DNA from: a virus
Lineage: Duplodnaviria > Caudoviricetes
Length of the DNA stretch: 55,204 bases
Strand: one strand, 5' to 3'
IMG/VR virus record: IMGVR_UViG_3300009529_000010
Span: 1-55,204 of that record
Made by a program: the position numbers and the translations under genes
The notes under the pieces: generated by a model
The model's input: only the letters and a program-made list of their open reading frames with translations
What the model was told of the DNA's origin: nothing
Database searches by the model: none
Shown here: positions 27,012 through 37,053 of the stretch, piece after piece
Layout: every line of letters begins with the position of its first letter
Position numbering within the stretch: position 1 is the stretch's first letter

Positions 27012-28094
27012 TCACACACTCTTACCGCACGCGGGGCATTCCTCCATGCCCCCGAGTAGCTCATGGACTAGATCGTGGGCCTTCCGGTGCTGGTCGGCAG
27101 CGTCAGTTACTTGACGGTCAAGGTCGTTGCACGTCTTTTGAGCGGCGAGCAAGCGACGCTTGATCCCTCGAACCTCCGCCATCACGGCTCGGATTTTCTC
27201 TAGCTTGGAGACCTGGGCCTCCTCGAACGAAATCTGGTCAAGATCAGACTTCAACTTCTCGGCCGAAGTCAGGTCTCTCTGTGCCGCAAGCAACCGACCT
27301 TTGATCCTCTGGGTTGCCTCCCGATTGGTCTTGAGCGTCCGAAGTCGTTCAATGTGGTCATCCGGAGAAACCGACAGCTTTTCAACGCCAGAAAGTGACT
27401 CCACTGCCGCAGTAGCATCAGCCCACTGCGCCCTCAAGGTTTCAAGTAGGGCATGGGCGTCCCTCATCTTGACGGCCTTCGTTCGCCGTGCGGCCATTTG
27501 TTCGACGATGTCGACCACATCCTCCAGCCCCTGATAGTGGGCCAGTTTGTTCGCCAGGTCCTCGGCGTCCGACCTTCTCACTCGAAGGTCGGCTCGCGCC
27601 TTCTTTCGGTCCGACTCGCAAAACTTCAGAGCACGATTGAGCTGGTTAACACGCTCAACGTCTGCGACGGCCTCCGCCAAAACAGACCCAGGCTTATCCA
27701 GCAAGAAGTTCACCCCTCGGATTTGAGGGGCGATCTGAGGCCAATATTTATCATCATTCAGCGTGACTGCCGTAACACCAAATGCAGCAACCTCGGGAGC
27801 TACTCCGTGCCCTACGTTATCGAACACCTTCCCGTTGACGACATATCGATTGACCTTGGAACCCTTTTCCCATGTCAATGTCTGCCCGTCATCGAAGGTC
27901 AAATCTACAGTGCAGTGCTTTGCCCCATGCCGGACAAAGTTGGTCCCGGTTCGATTCGTAAAAACGCCCTGAATTGCACGAAACAACGCGGACTTCCCCG
28001 CGTTGTTCGTGCCTGTCACGACGGTAAACCCGTCAATAGTAAGGGTTACGTCCTCTAGGGACTGGAAGTTCCTTACTCGGACTTGGAGCGCCAT
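27012..28094 (-). CDS. SbcC/Rad50-like ABC ATPase, N-terminal half ending in a zinc hook
   Basis: VRNFQS, Walker A GTNNAGKS, Q-loop, coiled coil and terminal CPAC. Confidence 0.85.
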   Translation of the reverse strand: MALQVRVRNFQSLEDVTLTIDGFTVVTGTNNAGKSALFRAIQGVFTNRTGTNFVRHGAKHCTVDLTFDDGQTLTWEKGSKVNRYVVNGKVFDNVGHGVAPEVAAFGVTAVTLNDDKYWPQIAPQIRGVNFLLDKPGSVLAEAVADVERVNQLNRALKFCESDRKKARADLRVRRSDAEDLANKLAHYQGLEDVVDIVEQMAARRTKAVKMRDAHALLETLRAQWADATAAVESLSGVEKLSVSPDDHIERLRTLKTNREATQRIKGRLLAAQRDLTSAEKLKSDLDQISFEEAQVSKLEKIRAVMAEVRGIKRRLLAAQKTCNDLDRQVTDAADQHRKAHDLVHELLGGMEECPACGKSV

Positions 28095-28099
28095 GCTCC

Positions 28100-29320
28100 T
28101 TATACGCCTTCGATGATCGCCTGGATATCAGCGTCCAGATCGGCATCCTCAAGGTCCCCCTCAGCGTCGGAGTAGTCATCGTCGTCATCCCCCGCATCGT
28201 CGCTCTTGGACGCCATGTGAGGCTTGATCTGGTCATGGAGCATCCGAACCAACGACGGGTCCTTTGCAAGCAAGGTTCTGAGCTTTTCTGTACCTTGAAG
28301 CCGCACCTGCTCCCCATCCGGGCGACTCCATTCCAACCATGATCCCGCCTTCTTGATCAGGTTGTACGAGATGGCGATCTCCAGAATGGACCGGATATCG
28401 TCAATTCCCTCGCCAAACCGGATGTAGAACTTCTCCTCATTGCCCTGAGAGGGGGCTACTTTGCACTTGTCAAGCTTGGCCTTGACGATGATCCCAAACA
28501 CGGAATCCTCGGTCTTGTTTGAGATCGCGGAGTAGTCCGTTGTTTTCTCGGTCTTGATCTTCTGGAGCTTCATCCGGAGCGCAGAATAGAACTTCCACGC
28601 TTTACCGCCCTGGACCGTAAAGGTGTCCCCATACCCCATCGTGTTGATGGAGTCTCGAATCTGAGAGATTCCGATGATGGTGGAGTTGGTCTTCTGCGTC
28701 CGATTTCGCAACTTGGGGAGGAACTGAGACCAGGCAGCAGCGTTTGCACCCACCCGACCTTGATCCCCGGTCTCTTTGATCGATTTCTCAAAGTAAGCCT
28801 TGGGGACACCCGCACCAACCGAATCCAGTACAATCAGTGTGACTCCAGAGGAGGCCATGGTCCAAAGGATTGCCAACCCCTCCTCAAGGGTCTCCGGCTG
28901 TGCCAGCATGAACTTGCTTTGATCCTCAACCGGGACTCCAAGGGTCTTGGCATAGCCCGGAACGATCTCGTTCTCCCAGTCGATATAACACACCGTCCCA
29001 CCATCACGGATCGTCTGTGCCGCAATTGTCAGAGCCAAGGTGGTCTTTCCGGACGACTCGTGACCGTAGAGGTTCATGATCCTCCCTCGGGGGATGCCCG
29101 GACACGGGGACACCCCAATGCTATTGGGCTTCCCTCCAATAAGATAGTCAATGACCATCGATCCGGAAGGAAGATGGGGGACAGACTCGGTCAGCGACTT
29201 GGAGTCTAGGTTTACAAGCCAATCGTCCTTCTTGAGGGACGCTTTGATTGCTGCCGCGGCGGCCATCAGGGGGTTGTTGGCATCTGCCTTGGCGGTCTTT
29301 TTTGTGGTCTTTTTAGCCAT
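28100..29320 (-). CDS. recA: RecA recombinase
   Basis: GIPRGRI, Walker A GHESSGKTT, IVLDSV, SQIR and GGKAWKFYS. Confidence 0.95.
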   Translation of the reverse strand: MAKKTTKKTAKADANNPLMAAAAAIKASLKKDDWLVNLDSKSLTESVPHLPSGSMVIDYLIGGKPNSIGVSPCPGIPRGRIMNLYGHESSGKTTLALTIAAQTIRDGGTVCYIDWENEIVPGYAKTLGVPVEDQSKFMLAQPETLEEGLAILWTMASSGVTLIVLDSVGAGVPKAYFEKSIKETGDQGRVGANAAAWSQFLPKLRNRTQKTNSTIIGISQIRDSINTMGYGDTFTVQGGKAWKFYSALRMKLQKIKTEKTTDYSAISNKTEDSVFGIIVKAKLDKCKVAPSQGNEEKFYIRFGEGIDDIRSILEIAISYNLIKKAGSWLEWSRPDGEQVRLQGTEKLRTLLAKDPSLVRMLHDQIKPHMASKSDDAGDDDDDYSDAEGDLEDADLDADIQAIIEGV

Positions 29321-29972
29321 CGTCGTTTTCCTTCGAGAAGATGAAGAACTTTTCGTTCTCCTTGTGTATGATTCCTGTCTTCTTGGTTTGGCCGGCTTTC
29401 CGACCCCGCTTCCACGTCTTCACAAACGTGAAGGCCCTGCTCTCGTACTCACTCAAGGCTTCCTCTTCAAGGCGCCCATCGTAGAAGTCCCAGAACCTAC
29501 CGGCTGCTCGCGCTACATGGTATGCGTCAGCCTCGTTATGGTCCCAGCGTCCTTTACCCCCCGTGTCGTCTTTCGCTGCCTCGACCATATCGGGCTTCAT
29601 CATCTTCCACCCCTTGGGGCGTTGAAGGATGTCATTGGCGAACTTCTTGACTTGTGGGGGCAAGAAAAGGACCACGTCCTGTCTGCAAGACTTGATCGCA
29701 TCCAGACTGAAAAGATACAGCCCGTACATTCCCTCTGAATACGATTCCCCGAAGACCGGATGCTCAATACCCATCCGATCCGGTTCCAGACGTTGGATCA
29801 AAGCTTTAAGCGAGTCACGCAAATAGGTGTATCGATCAATCTCATACACGTAGTTTTTGCGTTTGGTTTGAAACCGGCCCCGCTCAATCACACGATCACG
29901 CCCTTCCGCTTCGGGGTCGTGTAAGGCCCAGCCGTAATTGCCAAGGGAGGGGTCTAGGCCAAGTATTCTCAT
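29313..29972 (-). CDS. ruvC: RuvC-like Holliday junction resolvase
   Basis: MRILGLDPS, IE, P.QVKK and NEADA motifs. Confidence 0.8.
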   Translation of the reverse strand: MRILGLDPSLGNYGWALHDPEAEGRDRVIERGRFQTKRKNYVYEIDRYTYLRDSLKALIQRLEPDRMGIEHPVFGESYSEGMYGLYLFSLDAIKSCRQDVVLFLPPQVKKFANDILQRPKGWKMMKPDMVEAAKDDTGGKGRWDHNEADAYHVARAAGRFWDFYDGRLEEEALSEYESRAFTFVKTWKRGRKAGQTKKTGIIHKENEKFFIFSKENDDG

Positions 29973-30008
29973 ACGCCTAGGCCCCTCCCTTCACAGCACA
30001 ACCGAGTT

Positions 30009-30803
30009 TCAGTCGTCGAGCATGTCTCCGAGCAAGTTGCCCACATCTGCGCCGTCAACAGAGGATCCGCCTCCGAAGTCTACCGTGGTAGAAGAACCCC
30101 CCACACCCAACGCCTCGCGCAAGGTATCAGGAGTGTACCGGCGCCCCAGCTCCGTCTCCAGGTTGGGGAGAAGATCTCGGGTCGAGTCTACAACAAACTT
30201 GGCGATCTTTGCCGCATCCTCGTTGTCACTTGCCTTGGTAAGCATCTGCTTGAAGATGCTTCCCTGAGCGGGAAAGAACTGAAACGACTGGAAATCTTCG
30301 GGCTTCCCCTGCTCCAGCTCAATGTTCATGTCGTTCGAGTGAAGGGGGAATCCCTTCATATGGAACTTCTTCAGGGTGTTGTACTTGTCCATCCCGAAGA
30401 TCCAAGGGAGCACCTCCGGCTTCCGCTCGAACAGGCTCTTGGCCGTAGGCATCCCTGTGTCATGATCCAACGGCCATGATACAAGGGCCGTAGCCACGTA
30501 GGTGCCAATCTTCTTCCCCGGGGCGTACTTATTGCAAAGCTCCTCGATTTCCGGGGAGTCCACAATCACGTATCCGGCCTTGTCTACATAGACCCGCTTT
30601 GCAGACTTGAAGATGGGGGTTAGCAAATGCGACTCCACGCCTTGGGTCTCGGGATCAAGGTTCTTCGCGGTGAACTCACCGGATTCGATCCCCTTGAACC
30701 AAGTCAAGCCGATGCGGTAAGACTTGCCCTTTTGTGCCTTGAACTTCTTGGCGCGCCCCCGAAGGTGGTCATCGCCTACACCAAAACCGAATTCATCACT
30801 CAT
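30009..30803 (-). CDS. Putative single-stranded DNA-binding protein (gp32-like)
   Basis: Aromatic-rich core, acidic C-terminal tail (LLGDMLDD) and position beside recA/ruvC. The call is an inference. Confidence 0.55.
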   Translation of the reverse strand: MSDEFGFGVGDDHLRGRAKKFKAQKGKSYRIGLTWFKGIESGEFTAKNLDPETQGVESHLLTPIFKSAKRVYVDKAGYVIVDSPEIEELCNKYAPGKKIGTYVATALVSWPLDHDTGMPTAKSLFERKPEVLPWIFGMDKYNTLKKFHMKGFPLHSNDMNIELEQGKPEDFQSFQFFPAQGSIFKQMLTKASDNEDAAKIAKFVVDSTRDLLPNLETELGRRYTPDTLREALGVGGSSTTVDFGGGSSVDGADVGNLLGDMLDD

Positions 30804-30873
30804 TGTTTGTTTTCTCCTAGTTGAAGGCTAGCCACTGCGGCGAGCCAATCCTTATACCCCACACTGACGAGAA

Positions 30874-31755
30874 TTAATCCACAAGTGCATCAATTAATCC
30901 CTCGATGCCCACATCTTGCGGAATCGAGCTTTTTTTCTGGGCGGGCTCCAGATTTGATAGAAAGCTGTCGGCATCCTCCTGCGATGCCTCACTCTCAGGC
31001 TGTGAGCCTTTGACCCCTTCTGAGGGGATGAAAGAGTCCAGATCAAAGGCCGTATCCTCTACGGGAGGACTTACAGGCTCCTTGGTAGAGGTCTCAACTG
31101 TTTCCTCTACGAGAGGCTCTGACACCTCCTTGTTTGATCCCTGGGGGGGATCAAGGGCATCATCCTCCTCGGAATCGGTGAATCCAGAATCTGAGTCCAG
31201 GTTAGAGAGCATCGTGTCGATGTCCGAGACAGACCCCACATAGGAAGGCGCTGCCTTGGTGCCCCATCGAGCACCCATCGACAAGTCATGGTCAATGAGC
31301 TTCATCTGGTCTCGCATCCGACCTTGCTTATCTTTCAAGTCCGTGCGTTTGGCCTTGATCACCACCATCAACTGCTCCAGATCGTAAACCCGAGACTCCA
31401 AGAGCCGTATCTTTTCTAGGTACTTCCGAAGCTTGGTATCCGCTTTGCCCTCACGCTCTTTCTGAGAGCGTTCAGATCGAACTTCCATGTCGTTGAACAG
31501 AAGGTGGTTCTTCTCCAGTTCGTAGAGAGCCGTGTTCTCATTTAGCTCCCGTTTGTACACATGAAGGTCCTGGCTCACCTGAAGGAAAATCTGTTCCACA
31601 CGGTCAAGCTGGGATCGAACCTTAGCAATGTGGGCGTTCATACGCCGAGGGCCAAACTCGATTGGGTTGGAGTCGAGCTTGATCTGCATGCCCTTAAGCT
31701 CCTCATAGACAGAGGCGACTCGGGCAGCATCTACAACAGGAAGATCGTCACTCAT
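30874..31755 (-). CDS. Coiled-coil protein with acidic tail (possible UvsY-like mediator)
   Basis: Helical N-terminal 170 aa and low-complexity acidic C-terminus; lies beside the SSB candidate. Confidence 0.55.
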   Translation of the reverse strand: MSDDLPVVDAARVASVYEELKGMQIKLDSNPIEFGPRRMNAHIAKVRSQLDRVEQIFLQVSQDLHVYKRELNENTALYELEKNHLLFNDMEVRSERSQKEREGKADTKLRKYLEKIRLLESRVYDLEQLMVVIKAKRTDLKDKQGRMRDQMKLIDHDLSMGARWGTKAAPSYVGSVSDIDTMLSNLDSDSGFTDSEEDDALDPPQGSNKEVSEPLVEETVETSTKEPVSPPVEDTAFDLDSFIPSEGVKGSQPESEASQEDADSFLSNLEPAQKKSSIPQDVGIEGLIDALVD

Positions 31756-32155
31756 CTGCGGCAACCCTCTTTGCAGAATCTTCAATCAGGCGTGAGAACC
31801 GCGCCTTCACAGCGTCCCTCTGATCTTTGTAAAGGTCACTCCCGATAGTACCGTTGGCATAAGCCGCGTCTAACGCTACCATCGCAACTCGCAGGTTGAC
31901 CAAGTGCGCGGCCAAAATGGCCTCGTTCATGGTCATCCCCTGGTGAACAGCGGTCCTCTCCTCCTCTGGATCAGGGACAAGGTCTGCCCCGGGGCCCCCA
32001 CAATCGTCTTGAACGGACTCCCAACCTGCGGAGAACCCCGCAAAGGTGTCACCGCGCCCCCCCTTAACCGACCGTGTGCCAACCACCTTGGTCACTCGAA
32101 TCTTGGAGGTCACGTCAGAAACGATTTTACGAATGTTGTTTGGATCATCAGACAT
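31748..32155 (-). CDS. Hypothetical protein
   Basis: 135-aa ORF with AGGA RBS, overlapping the next gene. Confidence 0.65.
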   Translation of the reverse strand: MSDDPNNIRKIVSDVTSKIRVTKVVGTRSVKGGRGDTFAGFSAGWESVQDDCGGPGADLVPDPEEERTAVHQGMTMNEAILAAHLVNLRVAMVALDAAYANGTIGSDLYKDQRDAVKARFSRLIEDSAKRVAADE

Positions 32156-32204
32156 GACTTATTTCCTGTGTGTCTTTAGCACCCGACAAGAGTGATACGC
32201 CAAA

Positions 32205-35200
32205 TCAGTCGCCTTTGAACGCCGCTTGGATTCGCTCAGGGAACAGAGTGTTCCGGGCATCCGCATTTGCATTCTCTATCGCAGTTTTGAGGGCAGAGGT
32301 GTGGCCCACAACGATGACCTTCTTCCGAGCCCGGGTAATTGCCGTGTAGATCAAGTTTCGCTGCAACTGCCTACGGAAGGAGTTTACCCACGGAATGACA
32401 ATAACGTCGTACTCTTGCCCTTGTGAGTTCCAGCCGCAAAAGCCATTTTGAAGAAAGTGGTGCCCTTCAGGCACCTCCACACAATAGGACTCTCCCTCAA
32501 CTTCCGAAATGCTTGTTACGGGGCTATGGTGGTAACTCAACTGGTCTCTCACCCATTCGGAGTCCACGCCCTCAAAGGGAGCCACCAACTTCGCTTGGTG
32601 CCTTGAAATACGGGACCGATTCACCCCATTTTGGTATGCGGAAGTAGAAAATCCCTGGCCAAGTGCTTTACGAATACGCTTAACTCGCTCCGGGGAAATC
32701 GGAATCACATACCGGGTTTCCTTGCCACAAGGGAGGCTTACTCGTCTCTGCTTCTCAGGAGAGATGAACCCCACTTCTTGGCCAAACAAGGTCGCGTTCG
32801 CACCATAGATCTGTAGAGCCTTTCCACCATCCCCAGATAACCCCCCACACACCACACCTATACGCAGAAGCATGGTTCGGACCAATTGAACCACATCAGG
32901 ATCCCGATTCGACCACTCCACGTGATCAAGTAAATCCGGGTGTGGTGTCCTCACATGAACAGACCCGTCTTCAAATAGCCCTCGAAGAAAACGTTTCTGG
33001 AAGGGGGTGGGGGATTGAAGGATACAGGCAGGGACATGTTTTTTGTTGGGAAGAAGTCCCTCAAATTGTTGAAGCCATGAAGCCAACTGTGTGGAGCATA
33101 CCTCCACATGATGGGCATTATTGGTAAAGAACCTTTTGGGAGTCGCTTCAAAAAGAATTCGAGATAGTTCCTCAAATCGGTCCGCTACCTCAACATGACG
33201 TTTGGCCAGACGAAACCCCCTCGAATACAAAGTCCCATCCCCGACCATAAGACCAAGGAACTCGGCAAGCTCCAAGGACATTTGCGTCGGAATTCGGTGA
33301 GCCTTTGCTCTAATGTCCTTGGTCGGAGGTGGCGGAAGGCTTGGGGTTGCTTTCGGCTCGACGCCGACCCCAAGCTTCAGGCGCAAGAAGTCGCCAAGGG
33401 TAACCTCTTTCGCTTCTTTGCGAAGATATTCCCCCGAGTGCGAGTCCCACACATCAATCCCATGTTCAGGGGTAACCGTGATTTGGTAACCATCCCTGGT
33501 ACGGATTTCCAACATCTTTGACGGGGGGTTGTGTACTCTGTTGCAAAACTCCCTTGGCCCTTCTCGGGTACCAATCAGGCCCGACTCTGGGATGTCACGG
33601 ATCCTTTGGAGACCCTCTCCGGTCTCGACCCAAGTGTCTCCATGCAAACACTTATGGCACGTAATGCAGTAGGCCATTCGAAGATGGGCCGGGGCTTCCT
33701 TGAAAGGAAGGTTGACTTGCACTACAGGAGGCCCGTGGATCTTGATTGTCACTTCCTTCAACTTGGGGTTCAAGTTCACAACTTTCCCCACGTCCCCGTT
33801 GAAGATCTCATATCGGTAGTTGTTTTTCGCTACCATGACTCGATCTCCCTCTCGGATAGTCTCGGGCCCTAGCCGCATTTCTTTGAGCCCAGGAGACTTC
33901 GGGTTGAGAAGCTCTCGGATATGTAAGTTGAGATTGGTGACTCCCAGCTCCCCGGAGTGTCGGGGGGAGAGAACCTGGAAATTGATCCGACGATCATAAA
34001 GCGTCTTCACTGTCGCCAGGATGGTGTCTCTAATTCTCCCCTCATCTTGAATCTCCACAAAGGTAAAATCCTTGGAGGGGGTGCTGAACTCTGGAACCTT
34101 CCCGGCATGGATCGCATGAGCTGCGATCACAATGTCGCTAGTGTCTTTTTGACGGAAAATCTCATGCAAAGAGGTTGTAGGGAACATCCCTGAGCCGATC
34201 AGATCTCGAAGCACGTTTCCCGGGCCCACGCTGGGCAACTGTGCGGCGTCTCCCACGAAGACCAAACGAGTGTTGTCTGCCGTACAGGAGAGCAGTCGAA
34301 ACAGCAAGTGCTGATCGACCATAGAAGACTCGTCGATAATCACAACCTTAGCGGGGTGTGGCTTGGCTTCAGAGAAGGACCAAAACTCTGTTGAGCCATC
34401 AGCACCTACCTGGTCCGTAGAGTCTCCAACCACACCCGCATAAGTGGCCTCCCGCTCCTCTTCAGTCGCCCCCTTTGCCCCAAAAGCCCGATGGATAGTC
34501 GATGCTTCAGCACCAGTGACGGATTGAAGACGTTTTGCAGCGATACCTGTCGGAGCCACAAGGAGGAACGGGATCCCCGCATCTTGCAGCACTTTCACGA
34601 CCACACGAAGGGTGGTCGTTTTGCCCGTGCCCGGAAGGCCCGTCAATACAGACACCGGGCATGTCAGTGCATTCACTGCCCCCTTTCGTTGCTGTTCCGA
34701 AAGTTGCACCTTACTGGTTTCTGCCCACTCATCGAGGGCAATTCCCGCTACCACCTCCAGCGGCTTGCCTTCCTTTACCGCCTCCTCAGTGTGAACCCCA
34801 ACGGTCGCCAACAAGGTCATGTATTCTTTGAGGGCCTCCCCTTCCAACGCGGCCGTTTGGTACCTCTGCCGCAAGCGCACTGCTGCATCACACTCAATGC
34901 GGTGATACCAAGGCTCATAAATTGCTACCGTCCCTGGTTTGGTCTTTCTGTCTAGAACTAGGAGCTTCTCATCATGACTCTCTTTGAGAGCTTGAGCGAT
35001 GGCTTGGTTACTCACCCCCGGGACAAGCCGTTTGACTCCAGCAGTCATATCCTCTGGCGAGAGATACAGGTGCCCCATTCCGCGTTGGGACTTGGAGACG
35101 TAAAGAACGGCTCCCCGCACTCGTAAGGGTGACCCAAGATCTAGGTTTAGCTTCCTGGCTACTTCATCGGCTTGCTCAAATGTGATCCCATCAATCTGAA

Positions 35201-35750
35201 CTAGAGCCCATGGGTTATCCGACAAGATAACCTCCGCTTCGTCCCCAAAGGTCGCCCAAATCTGGTCTACCTTTACCTTCGGAAGATCGAAGGCCGACAG
35301 AAAGTCCAAGGTCTGAAACATGACCTTGGAGGCTTTCCAACGAGATACGATATGGAGGGCCGTGAATTCAGTGATACCCGACACATCTTGGAGCTTCTCC
35401 GCATCCCCAAGCGCTTCGATCATCTCCGACCCGTATAACAAATGAATCCGACCAAGGATAGATTCGGACACCCCTTGCGACGACAACACACGCATCGCCG
35501 TTTCAGGTGTCCACCCTCCCCGCATGACGGGGGCCTTGTCGATCCGTAACTGCATCCCGTATTGGGAGTGCTTCTCCCAGGTTCCGTCAAAGCCAAACCA
35601 GGTGCCGATTTTAACCCCAATCCCTGGAACGTTGCCTCGAACCGTTACGAGCTTGCCATCTTCATCCATCATCATCCGCATGATGAAGAAGTTTTGGGCA
35701 TCGTTTTGGAACACGATGCTATGAACACGTCCTGAGAAATAACTAGACAT
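32205..35750 (-). CDS. recD2: RecD2-like SF1B helicase (intein-containing)
   Basis: N-terminal OB/HhH region, Walker A GLPGTGKTT, DESSM, VGDAAQLPSVGPG, HK|SQG.E split by an intein, YTAITRAR. Confidence 0.93.
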   Translation of the reverse strand: MSSYFSGRVHSIVFQNDAQNFFIMRMMMDEDGKLVTVRGNVPGIGVKIGTWFGFDGTWEKHSQYGMQLRIDKAPVMRGGWTPETAMRVLSSQGVSESILGRIHLLYGSEMIEALGDAEKLQDVSGITEFTALHIVSRWKASKVMFQTLDFLSAFDLPKVKVDQIWATFGDEAEVILSDNPWALVQIDGITFEQADEVARKLNLDLGSPLRVRGAVLYVSKSQRGMGHLYLSPEDMTAGVKRLVPGVSNQAIAQALKESHDEKLLVLDRKTKPGTVAIYEPWYHRIECDAAVRLRQRYQTAALEGEALKEYMTLLATVGVHTEEAVKEGKPLEVVAGIALDEWAETSKVQLSEQQRKGAVNALTCPVSVLTGLPGTGKTTTLRVVVKVLQDAGIPFLLVAPTGIAAKRLQSVTGAEASTIHRAFGAKGATEEEREATYAGVVGDSTDQVGADGSTEFWSFSEAKPHPAKVVIIDESSMVDQHLLFRLLSCTADNTRLVFVGDAAQLPSVGPGNVLRDLIGSGMFPTTSLHEIFRQKDTSDIVIAAHAIHAGKVPEFSTPSKDFTFVEIQDEGRIRDTILATVKTLYDRRINFQVLSPRHSGELGVTNLNLHIRELLNPKSPGLKEMRLGPETIREGDRVMVAKNNYRYEIFNGDVGKVVNLNPKLKEVTIKIHGPPVVQVNLPFKEAPAHLRMAYCITCHKCLHGDTWVETGEGLQRIRDIPESGLIGTREGPREFCNRVHNPPSKMLEIRTRDGYQITVTPEHGIDVWDSHSGEYLRKEAKEVTLGDFLRLKLGVGVEPKATPSLPPPPTKDIRAKAHRIPTQMSLELAEFLGLMVGDGTLYSRGFRLAKRHVEVADRFEELSRILFEATPKRFFTNNAHHVEVCSTQLASWLQQFEGLLPNKKHVPACILQSPTPFQKRFLRGLFEDGSVHVRTPHPDLLDHVEWSNRDPDVVQLVRTMLLRIGVVCGGLSGDGGKALQIYGANATLFGQEVGFISPEKQRRVSLPCGKETRYVIPISPERVKRIRKALGQGFSTSAYQNGVNRSRISRHQAKLVAPFEGVDSEWVRDQLSYHHSPVTSISEVEGESYCVEVPEGHHFLQNGFCGWNSQGQEYDVIVIPWVNSFRRQLQRNLIYTAITRARKKVIVVGHTSALKTAIENANADARNTLFPERIQAAFKGD
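32427..33650 (-). mobile_element. Intein with LAGLIDADG endonuclease in RecD2 (408 aa)
   Basis: Starts CLHGDTWV, has TVTPEH, LGLMVGDG and LRGLFEDG, ends FLQNGFCGWN followed by Ser+1. Confidence 0.9.
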
Positions 35751-36294
35751 CTACATCCTTGGCTGCGGACTGCAACTCGACCAGAAAATCCCGCAGGTCT
35801 GAGGCTTTGCGGATAAGATCCTCAACGGAATCCCCCTCCATGTTACCGGGGTCAAACCCCTTTACCTTGGCCTCAATGTCAGCAAGATCGGGCATGTTGA
35901 TCAGCGTGATCTGGGACCGATGCCCCACCAACTGAGAAAGGTCAAGCTCCTTTTGCCCCTTCTCAGTATGGACTACCCACCCTGAATCCGAAAAAGTCAA
36001 GAGACCCACCGCACTGAAGGTGTAGAGGTAGTGGGGGTCAGCATGGTGCCCAGCAGGGCATCTCCCGCTACCCTCGAACAAACAACACCCACCCCCCCAT
36101 CGATCCTTCAAGACCGGTTCGCGGGGTCGGTGGTGGGCCAAGACCCGTAACGTCTGTCCTGCGAAGGGGGCCAGGCGATCTTGGACACTTTGGGTCCCGT
36201 CGAACTCGTCCGCGACCATAAATGCGCCCTCTGCGCCTTCTTGGTAGAACACCCCCAGGAGGTCAAGAATTTTGAGCTTTTCAAGCTGGGGCAT
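35743..36294 (-). CDS. Hypothetical protein
   Basis: 183 aa with a WGGGCC...CPAGH motif; overlaps the recD2 start. Confidence 0.7.
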   Translation of the reverse strand: MPQLEKLKILDLLGVFYQEGAEGAFMVADEFDGTQSVQDRLAPFAGQTLRVLAHHRPREPVLKDRWGGGCCLFEGSGRCPAGHHADPHYLYTFSAVGLLTFSDSGWVVHTEKGQKELDLSQLVGHRSQITLINMPDLADIEAKVKGFDPGNMEGDSVEDLIRKASDLRDFLVELQSAAKDVDV

Positions 36295-36298
36295 AATT

Positions 36299-36312
36299 AT
36301 GTTACGCCACCC
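36299..36312 (-). promoter_or_regulatory. Putative extended -10 (middle-type) promoter GGGTGGCGTAACAT
   Basis: 4 nt upstream of ATG 36294; near-identical to GGGTGGGGTATGAT at 51540-51553. Confidence 0.45.
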
Positions 36313-36339
36313 GGAAGAAAATCAGGACCGTTTCTGTTT
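36313..36339 (+). promoter_or_regulatory. Putative ECF-type promoter GGAAGA-N16-TGTTT
   Basis: Same boxes and spacing as the copies at 45103-45129 and 45352-45378; 7 nt before ATG 36347. Confidence 0.6.
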
Positions 36340-36346
36340 AGGAGGC

Positions 36347-36955
36347 ATGGCAGTGACCAAGTGGAACAACTCAGATCCCTCCGTTCGGACCGTCTCTTAC
36401 GAGGGTCGCGTGCTCAACACGGGATCTCGTGAGAGGAAGTACATGTCCGACGTGTACGCCATCGAATACTACGCGGTTGTCTGGGACGACAAGACGCAGG
36501 CTCCCATGAGCATCCCGGTATCAAGCAACTTCGAGCTGGTCCGCGAGAATGGGACCGCGGTCGTAGACGCCGACGAAGCAACCCTCGCCGCCTACCGGGC
36601 TTGGCAAGCTGAGAAGCAAGCTGCTGAGGAGAAGCTGCTCAGGGAGCTGCTCAGGGAGCGTACCGTGAAGGGGCTTATCCAGCAGCACAACAAAGCAGAT
36701 ATCGGCAAGAAGGTCGTTGTCCTCCGCGGTCGAAAAGTCCCCAAGGGGACTGTTGGGATCGTGTTCTGGCTCCGCGACGGCCGAGCCGGGGTGCGCACTT
36801 CCGATCGCAAGGAAGGGAGAAACTGGGCGGACGTGGTGTGGGTCGATGTCGACTACCTCGGGAACATCGACGGGTTCAACCTTCGAGATCACATGGATCC
36901 CTCAGAACCTCATTTCCAGGAGATGGAAGCCTACGCTCAGTCCCTCATCTCTTGA
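36347..36955 (+). CDS. Hypothetical early-type protein
   Basis: Lone plus-strand gene in the replication block; GKKVVVLRGRKVPKGTVGIVFW SH3/KOW-like segment; start MAVTK. Confidence 0.75.
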   Translation: MAVTKWNNSDPSVRTVSYEGRVLNTGSRERKYMSDVYAIEYYAVVWDDKTQAPMSIPVSSNFELVRENGTAVVDADEATLAAYRAWQAEKQAAEEKLLRELLRERTVKGLIQQHNKADIGKKVVVLRGRKVPKGTVGIVFWLRDGRAGVRTSDRKEGRNWADVVWVDVDYLGNIDGFNLRDHMDPSEPHFQEMEAYAQSLIS

Positions 36956-37053
36956 CCGACAACCTCGCTGTCTTAGGTTCCCACAATGCCTACGCCTCAA
37001 CTCCAGTTGCCTTTGACGGTTCCTTTACCGCCTCCCTCAAAGCCCCCAAAGAA

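Noticed and set aside
36633-36658. 12-bp tandem repeat AGCTGCTCAGGG
   Set aside because: Small in-frame duplication (LLRE twice); no evidence of phase variation.
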